Of a stretch of 64,000 nt of DNA, positions 50,575-63,533 are shown one piece after another (positions within the stretch are counted from its first letter, which is position 1; each line of letters begins with the position of its first letter). This stretch comes from Pavona decussata. Its lineage: Eukaryota. The stretch spans positions 2,232,001 to 2,296,000 of the forward strand of contig CDRNST010000035.1 in the NCBI GenBank assembly GCA_977016875.1, in the 5' to 3' direction. Under the pieces are notes generated by a model. The model worked only from the letters and a program-made list of their open reading frames with translations. It searched no databases and was not told where the DNA came from. The position numbers and the translations under genes were made by a program.

Positions 50575-52254
50575 GACTTACTTGACTTAGTTCCTTATCT
50601 CCTCTGGGAGAATAGGGCCGTTGACTTGTTTTCTCTATCCCACCCTGTCTCTCGCAGCGATGACAGCCTCTCCCCAAGTGTCAAAACCCATCTTCTGCCT
50701 CTCTCCTTCCACAGTCCTTCTCCAGGTCTCTTTCGGCCGCCCGCTTTTCCTCTTCCCCTCCGGTGTCCAAGTTAGGGCAATGTGCGGGTTCTGATCGCTG
50801 CTCATGCGCAGGACATGCCCTATCCACCGCCACCTCCGTCTCCTAATCTGCTCACTGATGGAGCAGGTTTTTGCTCGCCGTCTAACCTCTTCATTTGTCA
50901 CCTTCATTGGCCAATAGATCTTAAGTAATCTACGTAAGCACTTGTGTAGGAATGTGTCCAGCTTTCGTTCGTCCCTCTTTGTCATTCTCCATGTTTCACA
51001 TCCGTAGAGTAACACTGCTACGACATTGGATTTGAATATTCTGATCTTAGTGTTTTTGCTCAGTTGTCCACTTCTCCAGATCTTAGTTAGTTTGTTAAAT
51101 GCTCCTGTAGCTTTCCCTAGACGGTGCTTGATATCGTCCTCAGCCCCTCCATGCTTGGTTATTCTTGCTCCTAGGTAGTCAAAGCAATCCACATCCTCAA
51201 CTTCCTGCCCATCTATAACAACTGTCTTGTTGCTGTTGGCGTTGATCCTCATCAGTTTGGTTTTCTTGGTGTTAATCTTTAAGCCTGTTCCTTTACCATT
51301 ACTACTGAGATGGTTAATCTTCGACTGTATCTGCGTGAATGTACTTGAGATGAGAGCTAAGTCATCTGCAAAATCTAAGTCCTCTAACATAGTTGTCAAC
51401 CTCCACCTAATACCTGTCCTTGTGCATTCGACTGATCTTCTCATCACCCAATCAATCACCAAGAGGAACAGGAACCCTGACATGTTGCAACCCTGTTTGA
51501 CGCCTGACTTCACTTCGAACCAATCTGATCTTCCAGCACCATCTACCACAGCACATGTGCAGTTAGTATACATGACTTGCACCATTTTCACGATCTTAGT
51601 TGGTATTCCATAGCACGTACCTCATGATCTTCCAGAGAGTGTCTCTGTGTATGCTATCGAAGGCCTTCTCGTAGTCCACAAAACAAAGGTAGAGGCTGGT
51701 GTTCCATTCGGCTACCTGTTCAATTATATTTCGCAATATGAAGATCTGCTCAGTCGTGCTCCTTCCTTTTCTAAAACCAGCTTGATCTCTTCTCAACTCA
51801 GCATCCGTTCCAACAACAATCCTCTTGATCAAGACTCTTCCCAACACCTTGGCGACAATAGACATGAGGATGATACCTCTCCAGTTTCCACAACTCGTCA
51901 AGTCCCCTTTCTTGGGCAGTTTGATGATAAGCCCCCTAGACCAGTCCTCTGCAATACTTTCTTCCTCCCATATTTTGTTGAATAACTCATACAGGACACT
52001 AACTGTGGTGTCAATGTCAACCCTCAGAAGGTCTGCCGTGATACTATCAATACCTGGCGCCTTTCCACTTTTCATGTGCCTCAATGCACTCCTAATCTCC
52101 TCCCTTGTTATTTCTCCTGTATTGATGCTGTTATACACTACGTCTGCCTCTTCCATCTCAATAACAACTTCGGGAACTGGCCGGTTTAAGATTTCCATGA
52201 AGTGCTCTTTCCATCTTGCTTTAGCCTCGTCTTCTTTAGTCAATAACTTTCCTT
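50575..52254 (-). mobile_element. Young 5'-truncated RTE-clade LINE with 14-bp TSD
   Basis: TSD cctatgcgatcttt (50561-50574 and 52255-52268). RT motifs GNWRGI, QAGFRKGRS, FVDYEKAFDS, GVKQGC and LDFADD. ORFs of 215+318 aa are broken by one ~4-bp insertion near 51615. Short taag/tcaag tail. Confidence 0.95.
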
Positions 52255-52419
52255 CCTATGCGATCTTTAGGAACTTATAAAAAGAAAACTGCTGACTTAA
52301 AAAAAAAATAGCGATAAAATATAAAAATCTCATACAAATATAAAAGTTCTCTAATACCAAAACTATATTGAGCTTCTACGCTATTCCCTAAAGGAAAGTC
52401 AATTGACGGTAGCTTTATA

Positions 52420-52480
<61 letters not shown>

Positions 52481-52554
52481 GGTGCGTTAATTCTTGAGTC
52501 ATCAGCCTGGATGTTAGGTACAATGCTATTTAGTTTCCAACCCTTCTGTCTGGA

Positions 52555-52562
52555 TTATTTAA

Positions 52563-52618
<56 letters not shown>

Positions 52619-53772
52619 AAGCGCCGGGTTGGCTATAACTAATCTCATATCCAACAAGCGCGAATGGAATAATTGTTTTATTAAATTCTCCACGTTTAGA
52701 CATTGCTGTTGAAGTTTACTGAATTTTTATATTTTAAGAAAAAATTTCTGTCAAATTAAAACGACCGGATATTGAGGCAACCTCCGACCAAAGCGCGCGA
52801 AACCTAATGATCACATGACACGCGAAGCGCTTTGCAAACGGAGTTGAATGAAAAATCGAAAGCGAAGAAAATTGGACACAGTCGGACATCTAAAATTCAA
52901 GAAACGTTTAAATGTACGAATTATAACCTTTCTGAGACTAGCATTCAAGTGCTTTTGGAGTTCAAGCTCACCGAGAAGCGTAATAGTTGTGCACATTTGA
53001 GCAAATGTTCTGCTGTGTGGTGCCGAGCGAAGGAAGAGATCAGGGCAAGGTCGGCTTTTTTCATGCTGAACTGAATTCCTTGCGGACGATTTAAAACACT
53101 TCAGGCAAGTCCAAGTGTACGAGGTACAACCTCACTGAGACAAGCATTCAGTGCAAGTTTTTAAACTTCAAGCTTATTTGAGAAGCGTAAGAGCTGTGCA
53201 CATTAGTGCAAATGTTTTGCTGAGTGGTGCCGAGCGACGGAAATGAACATTATGGCCGCCGCTCGTACGGATTTCATAGATGAACCATCTCAAGTCCTCG
53301 TAAATTCGTAAAAACATAAAGGCAGGCATAAAGCTCTTCCTGAGAAATTTCTTCGATTGGTTTTAACCTCTTACCGCCAGGATTTGCAAGCCATCCTGAA
53401 ATTTTTGAAGGTAACCGGTTGTTTATATTATTGTTGTTATGTGATCTAAAAAATTGTAAAATCTTGCAATTTTGAAGATTTTGAAGGAAACTCCTGAGAT
53501 ATGTACCATTAAATAGTGTCATACCGAACTTTGTGGCTTTTATTGTTGTTATATTGAGATGGCATTGTTTGGAATTTCTTTCTTTTCCTTTTTTTTCTAC
53601 ATTTTTCTGAAGAAACTTTTGCTTCCCCCGGAAAAAAAAATTTAGCTTAGCGACACCTGGGGCATTCGTTTTCCATATAAGGTCAAACTACGGTATATGA
53701 GCTGATAACCGAGATTTAGTGAACCAATCAGAACGCTAGAAATGCAATATCCGAGGCTGAGAATTTAATAAT
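52555..53772 (-). mobile_element. Non-autonomous Crypton-like element with terminal hairpin
   Basis: Long hairpin aacaattattccat..ttggatatgagat../..atctcatatccaa..atggaataattgtt. YR N-terminal remnant NAISITTIKATKFGMTLFNG and KPIEEISQEEL.ACL on the - strand. Confidence 0.72.
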
Positions 53773-54135
53773 TACCAATACTAGTTTTGCTCTGTCAATA
53801 TACCATGTCCAACAATATTGCACACTGCACAGAGTATGTCAAGCTATTCTTTTTGTTGTTGTTTTTGTTTTTGCTTTCTGGCTGTCATTTTCTTCAGTTT
53901 CTTAGGCTCGCTTAACTTTAAATTCATGGTTATAATTATTTTGGAGGTCTGACATTTCATGTGTACTTTCAACGGTCGATAATTTGCATGATAGAACTTT
54001 ACAGCACACCCCAGTCCATCACAAAAGAAGCCATTTCATCCATGAGTGAATCAAGGCTTACTCAGCCTGGGAACTGGTTAAAATTGGAGATAATTTATAG
54101 TTAACTTTTACTATTGTCTTCTAAACAAACAACAG

Positions 54136-54208
54136 ATTCTGCAAGAACATGAGCAAGTAGTAATTTACCGTCTTGGTCGGCAGCTTCCTGGCGGACCCAA
54201 AGAACCAG
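54136..54208 (+). CDS. STOM: Stomatin-like copy 3, exon 3 (diverged)
   Basis: ag|ILQEHEQVVIYRLGRQLPGGPKEP(G)|gt, 73 nt. Confidence 0.88.
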
Positions 54209-54631
54209 GTATTGAAGTTTCTGTTCTAAAATGTAACAACACTGCTCTAAACTGGTGATAGATATAGTTATCTGTGAGGACTGCTGTACAAAAGTGACAG
54301 AGATGCCTGTCCAAACTTTCTTTTATTAAAAGTACTAGAATCGCGGTTGTGGCCAAAATTCCTTTTTACCTCTTGGAAGTTACAGTTTTACTGCAAATTA
54401 ATACATTGTTAGTAGATCCTGTAATTTTGTTTTTGGTTGTGGGTCTTTTAGCATCGTACGTGAGAACGGTATTTAAACCTACAGGAACAGGAAGCATCCC
54501 GATTACTTCTCCCTCTCCCCTCCCCCACCCCCTTTTTGCTGGGATATAATACGTCCAACTCCTAGATAATGTATGGTTTACAGCTTTTTTTGGTTAAAGA
54601 CAACAATTTATGTTATATCGTTGTTTTCCAG

Positions 54632-54714
54632 GGTTGTTTTTCATTCTGCCTTGTACTGACACATATCAGAAAGTTGATCTCAGGACTACATCATTTGACA
54701 TGCCACCTCAGGAG
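54632..54714 (+). CDS. STOM: Stomatin-like copy 3, exon 4 (exons 5-7 not found, so probably a truncated pseudogene)
   Basis: ag|(G)LFFILPCTDTYQKVDLRTTSFDMPPQE|gt, 83 nt. Confidence 0.9.
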
Positions 54715-54780
54715 GTTTGTATTTTTACTACAGTTACTGCAACATTAATATTCATATGCCACCACAGGGGGTTTGTAAAG

Positions 54781-55676
54781 CGGTCAGTATAAAATGCAGA
54801 CTGCAGACTGCAGACTGGGTATAAAATGCAGACTAGGTATAAAATGCAGACTGCAGACTGCAGATTGGGTATAAAATGCAGACTGATATCAAAACCGTCT
54901 CTTCGTCAAATACAGGATACATTTTCAATTTTCAACTCACTCAAGTGTCACGCAATCACATTTCCGAGATCGTCTCCCTCGAAATTGACCTTATTTTTGA
55001 CCCATTTCTCAACAATTTGCTTTCTTTATCTTGATTTGGTAGCTTTCATTTCCTGAGGCCCTTTCTTCACAAAGAAGACTCCAGCTTAATCGCTTTGCAT
55101 TAGTTCGTAAACAATTACGCCCATGACGGTTTTCATAATTATTATTATGAGGGAAACAGACTTGATTTCTGAGGGGGCAAGCAATTTGACATCGACAGAT
55201 TTTAACTAGTTTCCTTGAATATTAACGAAGTTTGTCAAAGACAAATTGTATACCTTCACTATTCTAACAATACATAAACACACATTTTATTCAAGAAACA
55301 TTATTTTACTGCCACCCTGACTACCACTTACCGATGTTGCCGATGTCATGTTGACGCAAAGCGGCGAAAAGGTCAACCACGTGCGAAGTAAAGGTCATGT
55401 GTCAACATTTAATTGCTTACGTCATGCTTTGAGGTTGTTTATTTCAAGGTTGACGCTTTTCGAAAAGAATATAATAATGTCAAATAAATATTTTATGGCA
55501 AATGATCTCGAAAGACGATTGTATGACACTAAGTTAAGTTGAAAAATTCAAAATGTATCCTGTATTTGACGAAGAGGCGGTTTTGGTCTCAGTCTGCATT
55601 TTATACCTAGCCTGCATTTTATACCCAGTCTGCAGTCTGCAATCTGCAGTCTGCAGTCTGCATTTTATACTGACCG
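54781..55676. mobile_element. MULE/Mutator-like MITE, ~150-bp TIRs, 10-bp TSD
   Basis: gtttgtaaag|CGGTCAGTATAAAATGCAGACTGCAGAC...GTCTGCATTTTATACTGACCG|gtttgtaaag. Confidence 0.9.
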
Positions 55677-58616
55677 GTTTGTAAAGTACCGTTACTGCAA
55701 CAATAATATTCATCTGACCTATCTTCCCTATGGAATGAAGGACTTCTTCAAAGCCTATCATGAAATTCCCATGCCACATTTTTGTTGACAGTAGTATTAG
55801 CGAAATTTATACTAACAGTAACCTTAATTTGAGAAAACCTGTTCCTTAGTTGTTTTTTGCGTAGGCTCGATTACCAGCTGTTGTTTGGGAATCCAACAAA
55901 ACAACTATTTAAACAAGCTCTCTTCCAGTATTATTTTGCTCAGTATTAATCACTGCCATACAACCCTGTAAAACGTTTTCTGTCTTTCTTCTCCTCTATT
56001 TATAATTAGTTTTGCTTTTCCTTTTCTATTTTTTTTATATTTCAACAAATATTGTTTCGTATTTTTAAAGGGCATACAATTATAGTTAACTAATTATTAT
56101 GCCCTTCTCCACTCCTCTCTTTAGCACTGTAACCTTATGTAATAGCATCATGTGGAGTAAATAAAAAATACAAAATAATAATACAGAAATGAGCCTGCAC
56201 TCATCCCCAAAGATAACCGAATAAAACCCAAGGGAGCGGCAGAAATTGAACCTACTTTTTGTGTGGAGAGAAACAAAACTGTGTGGACAAAATTATGACT
56301 GGGAATGTTGAATGCTCACAATGAAACAACTGAGGAATAGAAAAACCGTAAAATTAACGATCCTGTGTTGACATCACAGCTATACTATCCCCAGTCTCCC
56401 ATCTTGTGCAGTATTGTAACCCACCAAAAGTAAAATTTAATGCTTTATATGCTTTAGCAAATGTTGGGAAGAAAAATTGGCAATAAAGGAAAATCTTTTT
56501 TTATTTCCATATCAGAACAACACAAAGATTTGATTAAGCAAATAAAGACACTTTAAAGATCATACAGCTAAATTGCCAGTAATTTTGCTATTACGGACTC
56601 TTGCCATTAAGGACACTGACTTGCGGTCCTGAGGGTGTTCGCAATGAAGGGAGTAGCCTGTATTGGTAGTAAGATAAGTAAAAAAAGTGTGTAATTTACA
56701 CAGTCTTTAATTTTGGTTATCAATGTTTCATCAAAGACCTGTTAAAAAGCCAACCTTTAGTTGTTTGTTTGAGATGAAGGATGCAGTCAGCATTATAATG
56801 GAAGCTGAACCCTTGAAACTTTCAGTTATTTGTATACTCAGGTCTGACTTTTGTGACCATTTGCAGATGAAAAAAGAGGAGTGTTGAGGTTTGCAAAGTT
56901 TGGAGGACTGTCCCTTTATCTATCCGCAATGAGTCTTTGAACATTACATGTACATCTGGTTTCTGGTTTCCTTGGTTACTACATAAGGTGACATCACTTT
57001 TAATTAAGATACTGGTCATCTTGGCTCACTAGGAGGCCGTCACATTCCAGCAACGAAAAGCAGTGCAAGTGACCCTGTCATAGGATGACAACCTTGATTT
57101 GAAATTTATCCTTGCAAGGATTGACTTTTTACTGCTAGGCGCCTTGTCAGTCTATGCAGAAACTTCATGGAACCAACTCTCAGAACACCTTTGGAAACTC
57201 ATGCACACATTTACGGAGCTGCATGCTTGCCTCAGGGTTTTTCAGAACTAAAATATGTGACAATGATGTTTCATAATGTTCTGCCTGCAAACACATGGCA
57301 AATTAAAGTGCACATTAATGCCCGCTTGAAATCAAAGAACTCCATAAAGCAATCAATGATGAGGGTCTGCTGGTAGGCTCCAATACAAGTAATAATAATT
57401 ATTGTTAATATTTAACCTTCCCGGGTGGGAGAGAGGCCTGGTGGTAGCATAGCTCCTTAGGCTGCTGTCATCCTAGGGATCACTAGAGACTGGGCCTAGC
57501 ATGCAAACTTGCAATCTGTTAAGCATTCATGGGTGGGAAAATCCTGTCTAGTAGTTATTATGTAATTGCATGTATTTTTTTCGATAACTTATTATCCTGG
57601 TTCCATCAATCCTTGTGAACATGCAATAAACATGAATAAAAGAAAAGTTACGCATAGGAAGATATAGTTTTACCACCAGGCATTAGGAAAAGCTCTTCGG
57701 CTGAATAATAAATGTATTTAAACGTAAACTTAAATCATGGCTTTAATTAACAAAGTGTTTTATGAACCATAATGAGATAATGTCTTCATTCTTTTTGTAA
57801 TAATTTTATTGTATTTTAATTATTATCTTTAAGTTATATTGTTGTAAAGTGCTATAACTGTATCTTTCAGGAAATATAGTTCTATATAAGTGTATTCAAT
57901 TGTTATTATTATTATTATTGTAAAGTTTACATAGAGATATGCATATAGGAACTTGTGTTTAGCACATTAAAAGTATTAGATTTTCTATACCACTGTTTCA
58001 TTCAAAAATGAAAAGTAGTTATATAAAATTATTAGTAAATTATAGATATTAGGAACCTGTACTTTGTTTGTTTAATGTTGTTTCAACAAAGAAATGTTGT
58101 ACAGCATATTGTCAATAAGACAAAAGATGGTTTGTACTTCAGGTAGGGGACACCTAATCAAGTTTAAAGTTAACATATAGTGCCTTTGAAAGGCAGAAGA
58201 ATAGTATGAGTCCCAAACTGAAAGGTAAAAATAAAAGTTTCTGCCCCAGATGTTTACTGGAGGGACAGCTGGTTATAATTTCTAAGAAATACCTCAATTT
58301 TTGTCTTTTTGATTCTTATACAGGCATAATTACAGTAGTCTTTGACTTAACACCACTTCATGGCAATTCAGTTTGTAATAAATGCCTGAGAAAATTTACC
58401 AAGATCTTTTCTAGGATTGCTTCTTTTTCTGGCTGTATGAAAGGCCATAAAGTGATAAATAGACACACCTGAGTTTATTTACTTTTAAACCAATAAGATT
58501 CTTCAAAAGATTTTTGTGCCTCAGTTTTGACTTACACTTTTCTTTACCATTAGCTTAAAATAATTTAATTGCATGAGATGAAAACCTTGGTTAATTTTTA
58601 ATCGGGAATTAGCTAA

Positions 58617-58860
58617 TTAAATAGAAGAAAGATCCTCGCAGTTAGTACGCAACTTAAGCAGTTGTGAAAAGAAAGCCTGAAATTTCTTTTCAGGCGTTCT
58701 TTTCGCCAGATGACATCATTTGACTACAACCGACCAGAATTCATTTCGTTTCCCTTTTCAAATTTAAGTTACATACTAACTGCGAGGATCTTTTCTTCTA
58801 TTTAAACTTTCATCTGCAGTTCATAATTTTTAGTTTCATATATTCATACTCATTTATTCA
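58617..58860 (-). mobile_element. Same SINE-like family as 22926, inverted, tRNA core missing
   Basis: Arms taaatagaagaaagatcctcgcagtta / taactgcgaggatcttttcttctattta, with a ttcatatattcata end. Confidence 0.7.
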
Positions 58861-61211
58861 TCCTTCACTGGTATATTGTTATTCCGTTATTTTTCCTTAT
58901 AAAATTCTTTACGTAAAACAGGACTTCTGCAAGTCGGAGCTTTAAAATAATGTTGTTCACTGACTGTTTCTTAATCTGTAATCTAGGTTCTGATGAATAA
59001 AAAAGGTGTTTCAGCCTACAGCTGTCTTTATAATTCAATCCATTTCTTCGCGTGACTGGGGCAAGTGACACAGCACGCGACGAGCCACGCGTTGCGTCTC
59101 CTTGCGGCGAGCAATTTCGCGCGCGCTCGCGTGTGTCCCTCGCTCGCTTACTACTCGTATTCTCTATAGTTGTTTAGCGCAAGGTGCTAGTGGGGCGGAG
59201 CATTTAAATATTTGCAGGTAGTGGCATGGGACAGACTACAGACCTGTCGTGTTTTTGCGGGGTAGGTTTTGTACGTTGTGAAGTTACACATGTACGCAAG
59301 CTCCTCGCCCATATCCACTGCAACCAACAGAAAGCTGATAATTCTGGACTCCAGCCACCCTCTACTACACGCATCAATGAATTCCTCATACCGCTTGAGT
59401 TTCGGGTCCTCTGCATTTCAAAATTCTCTTTCCAAAACACTGTCAATTCCCAAACCTCCCTTGTACACTGATCTCCGCGGCGAACTCCACTAACTTCTCT
59501 TCCGTACTCTCTTTGCACCTCCACGGCACTAACTCACTCACTTCAACACTAAATACTTGATGTTACTGCATCATTCGTTTTTGTGTCGTTGTGGTGTAAC
59601 TCCTCCCACTTTGGTTAACTACCTTGGGCATCTGTCCTCACTTCTCCGACCTGCGCTGACTTGGGCTGCCTTAGCCAGGCTCCCAAGAAGGGTATAGGGC
59701 GAAGAGTAAAATCGAGACCGCGCTGCGCTCGTCCGTCTCCGTCGCGCCGATTTTTCTCTTCGCCCTATGCCTTACTTGACACACTTGAGAGCCTGTTCAC
59801 AGGCTAGGCTGGCCAGAAACGAGGCTGTAACTAAGAAGAAACGGGGACGGGGGTAAAAGGAGATAGGAAAACAAAAACAAAAAAAGAGAGAGAGAGAAAT
59901 TTTTTCACAAGTTCAGTTTAGTGGCTAAAATAGCTGTGTTACTGCAGGTAGTCAGTCGTCGCAATATTTACATAAAGAAATGCTTACAAGATGAATTAAA
60001 GAAAAGGTGGTTGGTTAAACAAAAATAGGCGTCGGCAGTCCTCTCTTTTCGCGGGCCGATCAAACCCCCTACACGAGCATACCCCGGGCATTTGACCGTG
60101 CACCATCCCCGGGGAGGGAAAATTTGAACTGAATTTTTCGTTTTTGTCTAGCGGCTTTCGCACGTGGTTTTTCCCTAGTTTTGGGGAGTAAGGAGATTTT
60201 TAATTAAGGAGAGAATTCCGCCTTTGTGAAGGAATGGCTCACTCAAACGGCTTCAAAATAGGTTTTGAAAGTGTCAAGAAACTATATCACGTTTTGCAAA
60301 GCATGAACAGTGTGTGATTGATTGATTCTGAAAATTTGTCCTCGAGGAGGAAGCTTGGTAGGTCATTTAAACGACTTTTTGGCCCCGGGATGCGAGAATT
60401 GAACAAGCCAATGTAGTCTCCTTCGTAGCTGCTCGCGCTCTGGCCGGAGGCACGCAACGAGGCTAAGGGGGATGTTGAAATTTGGAATTGATTGGCGCGG
60501 GAGAGAGAGAGAGCCTGAATAAAAATGAAAACGTGGAGGCCGCAATGTTGTGAAATTTCCCATAAAAACTGCATTGTAGCTCTACAACTCCACTAGCTTT
60601 TGTCATTTGCAGAAAGCCCTAAACCACATGATAAAATATTGATTACCACTTGCAGAAAGAGTCACGTTCGTGACACCACATTGCGAGCTTGGGCTGCCTG
60701 TGGCCTCGCAAATTTTTTGATAATTTTACTCATTTTTCACGGAGATGTATAATTTTTGCGAAGCTGTCTGTTTTCAAGGGAGAGCTCACAGCCTCACCGT
60801 CGTTACCATAATTTTCTCACAGCAGGTGGCATGGGACTGATTCACCTCAGAGGTAAACTTATGTCCACAATAACATCATAAATTTCTGTATATTTTAAAG
60901 GTGGTTCCTTCAGGAAATTTAGTAGTGTAATTCTAGTGAATAAGTAGATTTTTGTTTATATTTTCATTTATTTTTTACATTTTGCTTTTTGTAGTGTGAT
61001 GATGTGGTTGCCAAGGCAACATCATTTTAGGCACGAAGACAGGTGTTTGTCTTTCAAGGCGCACTTAACCCTTTCCCTGTCACGTTACCTCCATATTAGG
61101 TAAATGGTTTAATTATCCAGCGCGAACACCGCGAAGTGCTCTTCTTCGGTTTTCTTCGCCCTGGCGGACTTTGAGCGAATTCCCGCGAATAAGGAACCCA
61201 AAACGGAACTT

Positions 61212-61224
61212 ATGGATTCAGAAG
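61212..61224 (+). CDS. STOM: Stomatin-like copy 4, exon 1 (MDSE-)
   Basis: ATGGATTCAGAAG|gtaagt. Confidence 0.8.
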
Positions 61225-62329
61225 GTAAGTCAAATAACAGTTTTTGCCGTATTTTGTAGTATGATTTACAACTTTGGCCCTAAATCCAATAAACGTGATT
61301 ACAGTTTACCTAAGAAGCAGTGCAGTTACCAGCAAGCTATCCAGTGAGGAAGGAATAATCGATTAAGTTCTTATATATAAGCTTAATTCGTAATGTTTTG
61401 CTTATTTTAGTGGATGTGTTCACATAATTTGCGTTAAAATATTATTTAAAACTGTTTCGAGTGTTATGCGCTACGTTGAAAGAAATATGCAATTCCCAAG
61501 AGAAGGTCTTGCCGTGGTCTTGTGATTTTACGTTGCATGCTGTATGCAGCGAAGTACGTAAGCTTTGAGCTAACGTAAATTTCTAAATTTAGCTGGGCTG
61601 TGACCCTAGTTTTGACATGTTTCAGTGATGGAAACTAAGCGGGATTCAGCAGTTTTGATCAATTTTAATGGTAAACGTGGCATAAATATGACTCCAGAGG
61701 CAATTTATTAATTCAGCTCAACCAAAAAAAGTTCAGTGTCGCAGCACGGATGTTTATAAACGCAAGTGTAAATCGAACTGACGAAGATGTCTTGGATAAG
61801 TTTCGTTCTTGACATCATTCATTTATTTGTTTCATTTCGATATCGCTTCATAAGTCCAATTTTTCTTTGGTGAAGTTCTTCCTTCGTGATCAGCTTGTTT
61901 CGAACCTCTTTGGTGTTTCATAAGCAAGACATTATCACCTTCGAATAATAATTTGCATGCGCATAATGTCTGGGGGAGTTGCCCGTTTCCTACCGTTTCC
62001 GAAGGAATCAGCTTTCGGAATGACCATAAAAGTGACATTAAAGGGCGAAGGATATAGGAATCCTTGTAAACCATAACAAAATAATGTCAACTTGGCTTTT
62101 AAAACGTGTAAAATTGGATTCCTTTTTGAGGAAATAATTTATTAATGAGACAACATCGGAAAGGTTTAGGTTACTTTGTATACTGTCTGTTACTAACACC
62201 TTGTACATGGTTAGATATTTTAGCATTATGTTTTAATTTGGTTTGGTGAAGTTTCAGTAGTTTTAAGTTGGATTTTACAAGCATTACTACTTGTTGTAGC
62301 TTTTGTCTGTTTTATTTCTATTCCTTCAG

Positions 62330-62433
62330 AGGATTCGGGCGGAAGCCGTGGCTGTTGTGACTATGTTTTGACGGTTTTGTCCTTCATCATATTCATCTGT
62401 ACGCTGCCATTATCTCTGTTCTTTACCTTAAAG
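62330..62433 (+). CDS. STOM: Stomatin-like copy 4, exon 2 (gene continues beyond the window)
   Basis: ag|(E)DSGGSRGCCDYVLTVLSFIIFICTLPLSLFFTLK|gtaag, 104 nt. Confidence 0.88.
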
Positions 62434-62870
62434 GTAAGTTTGTCATAGCGCTGTTCTATCAAGATCAGTCATTTAAATCTAAACTAATTTTTGCTTGCTA
62501 TGTGCCAACTGGTAGGGGATCTGATATCATGTGCACGATAAAGTAATTTTGCACAATTATCGTATTAAACATCGGCGTCTAAGCCGCATTTTTTTGGCCT
62601 AGAATTTTCGTTCAAAATCCGGGCTTGCGAAGAACATCTCCAAATGGTTTGGTAAATCTGCACTTTCGACACTTTTAGAAGAAAAAAAAGACAGTGTTAT
62701 ATGACCAGAAGAAACTGTCAATGCGACTAGAATTATTGGTCATTCAGGTGGCTCCATATGGTTTTCATCCATATGGCACGGGCTGTTACAAAGACAGTTT
62801 TCTCCTTGTTTTCTTTCTACAACAACAACAACAACAATAATATATTTATTTACATAAAATAGCGTACTTA

Positions 62871-63533
62871 GGGCCTGTTTACATGGAGGTAGGGTTACCG
62901 TAGGAGAAGGGGAACCCTATCTGCTTGTTCGGGTTACCCTTCTAGGAGGGTCAACTTTCTGTTTGTTTAAGCCATGTAAACGCTCAAGGTGGGGTTACCC
63001 TCCTAGTAGGGCCAAATTTAGGGCGATCAGATTACTGTTACATTACAACTATAAACATAGCTTTGCATGGTTATAAACCTGGAGAATTATTTTGGAGAAC
63101 TATGCTGACAGAGTGGTGAATCCATGCCGGAACGAGGGCAACAGCTTGGCAGCTGGAATGAAACATTCTCCTGATGATGTGATTGTCCAGTTAATAGGCA
63201 AAATTCTTGACCAAGAACGAAAGCTTGAGAGATGGAGCCGTACTTGATCAGCCACGCAGTAAATCGAAAGGTAAAAGAAAAGTGGCCAATCGACCAACTT
63301 CTTCGTCGAAGAAGGCAAGGAAACTGCCGTGAACACCTGAAACCATTGAACTGCTTCTCAGATATGTCAACCAGTACAGGACGAAGTGTGAATTCAGCGG
63401 CGTCGATTTCAAAGCGATGGCTTCAGGTTTGTGCGGCTTTGTTGGCAGACAGAGCTCCAGGGATGACCCTACACATGTAAAGGAGGGCTGTCTTATGACC
63501 CTTCTACAAGGGACCTTCCATGTAAATAGGTCC
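62871..63533. mobile_element. PIF/Harbinger-type MITE, TTA TSD
   Basis: tta|GGGCCTGTTTACATGGA...TCCATGTAAATAGGTCC|tta. Confidence 0.82.

Noticed and set aside
56800-57620. Possible coding remnant or missing stomatin exons
   Set aside because: No stomatin motifs in any frame I could read. It looks like degraded repeat or LINE 3' sequence that I cannot assign.
59204-59524. 106-aa minus-strand ORF in a GC-balanced patch
   Set aside because: No recognisable domain, splice context or paralogue.
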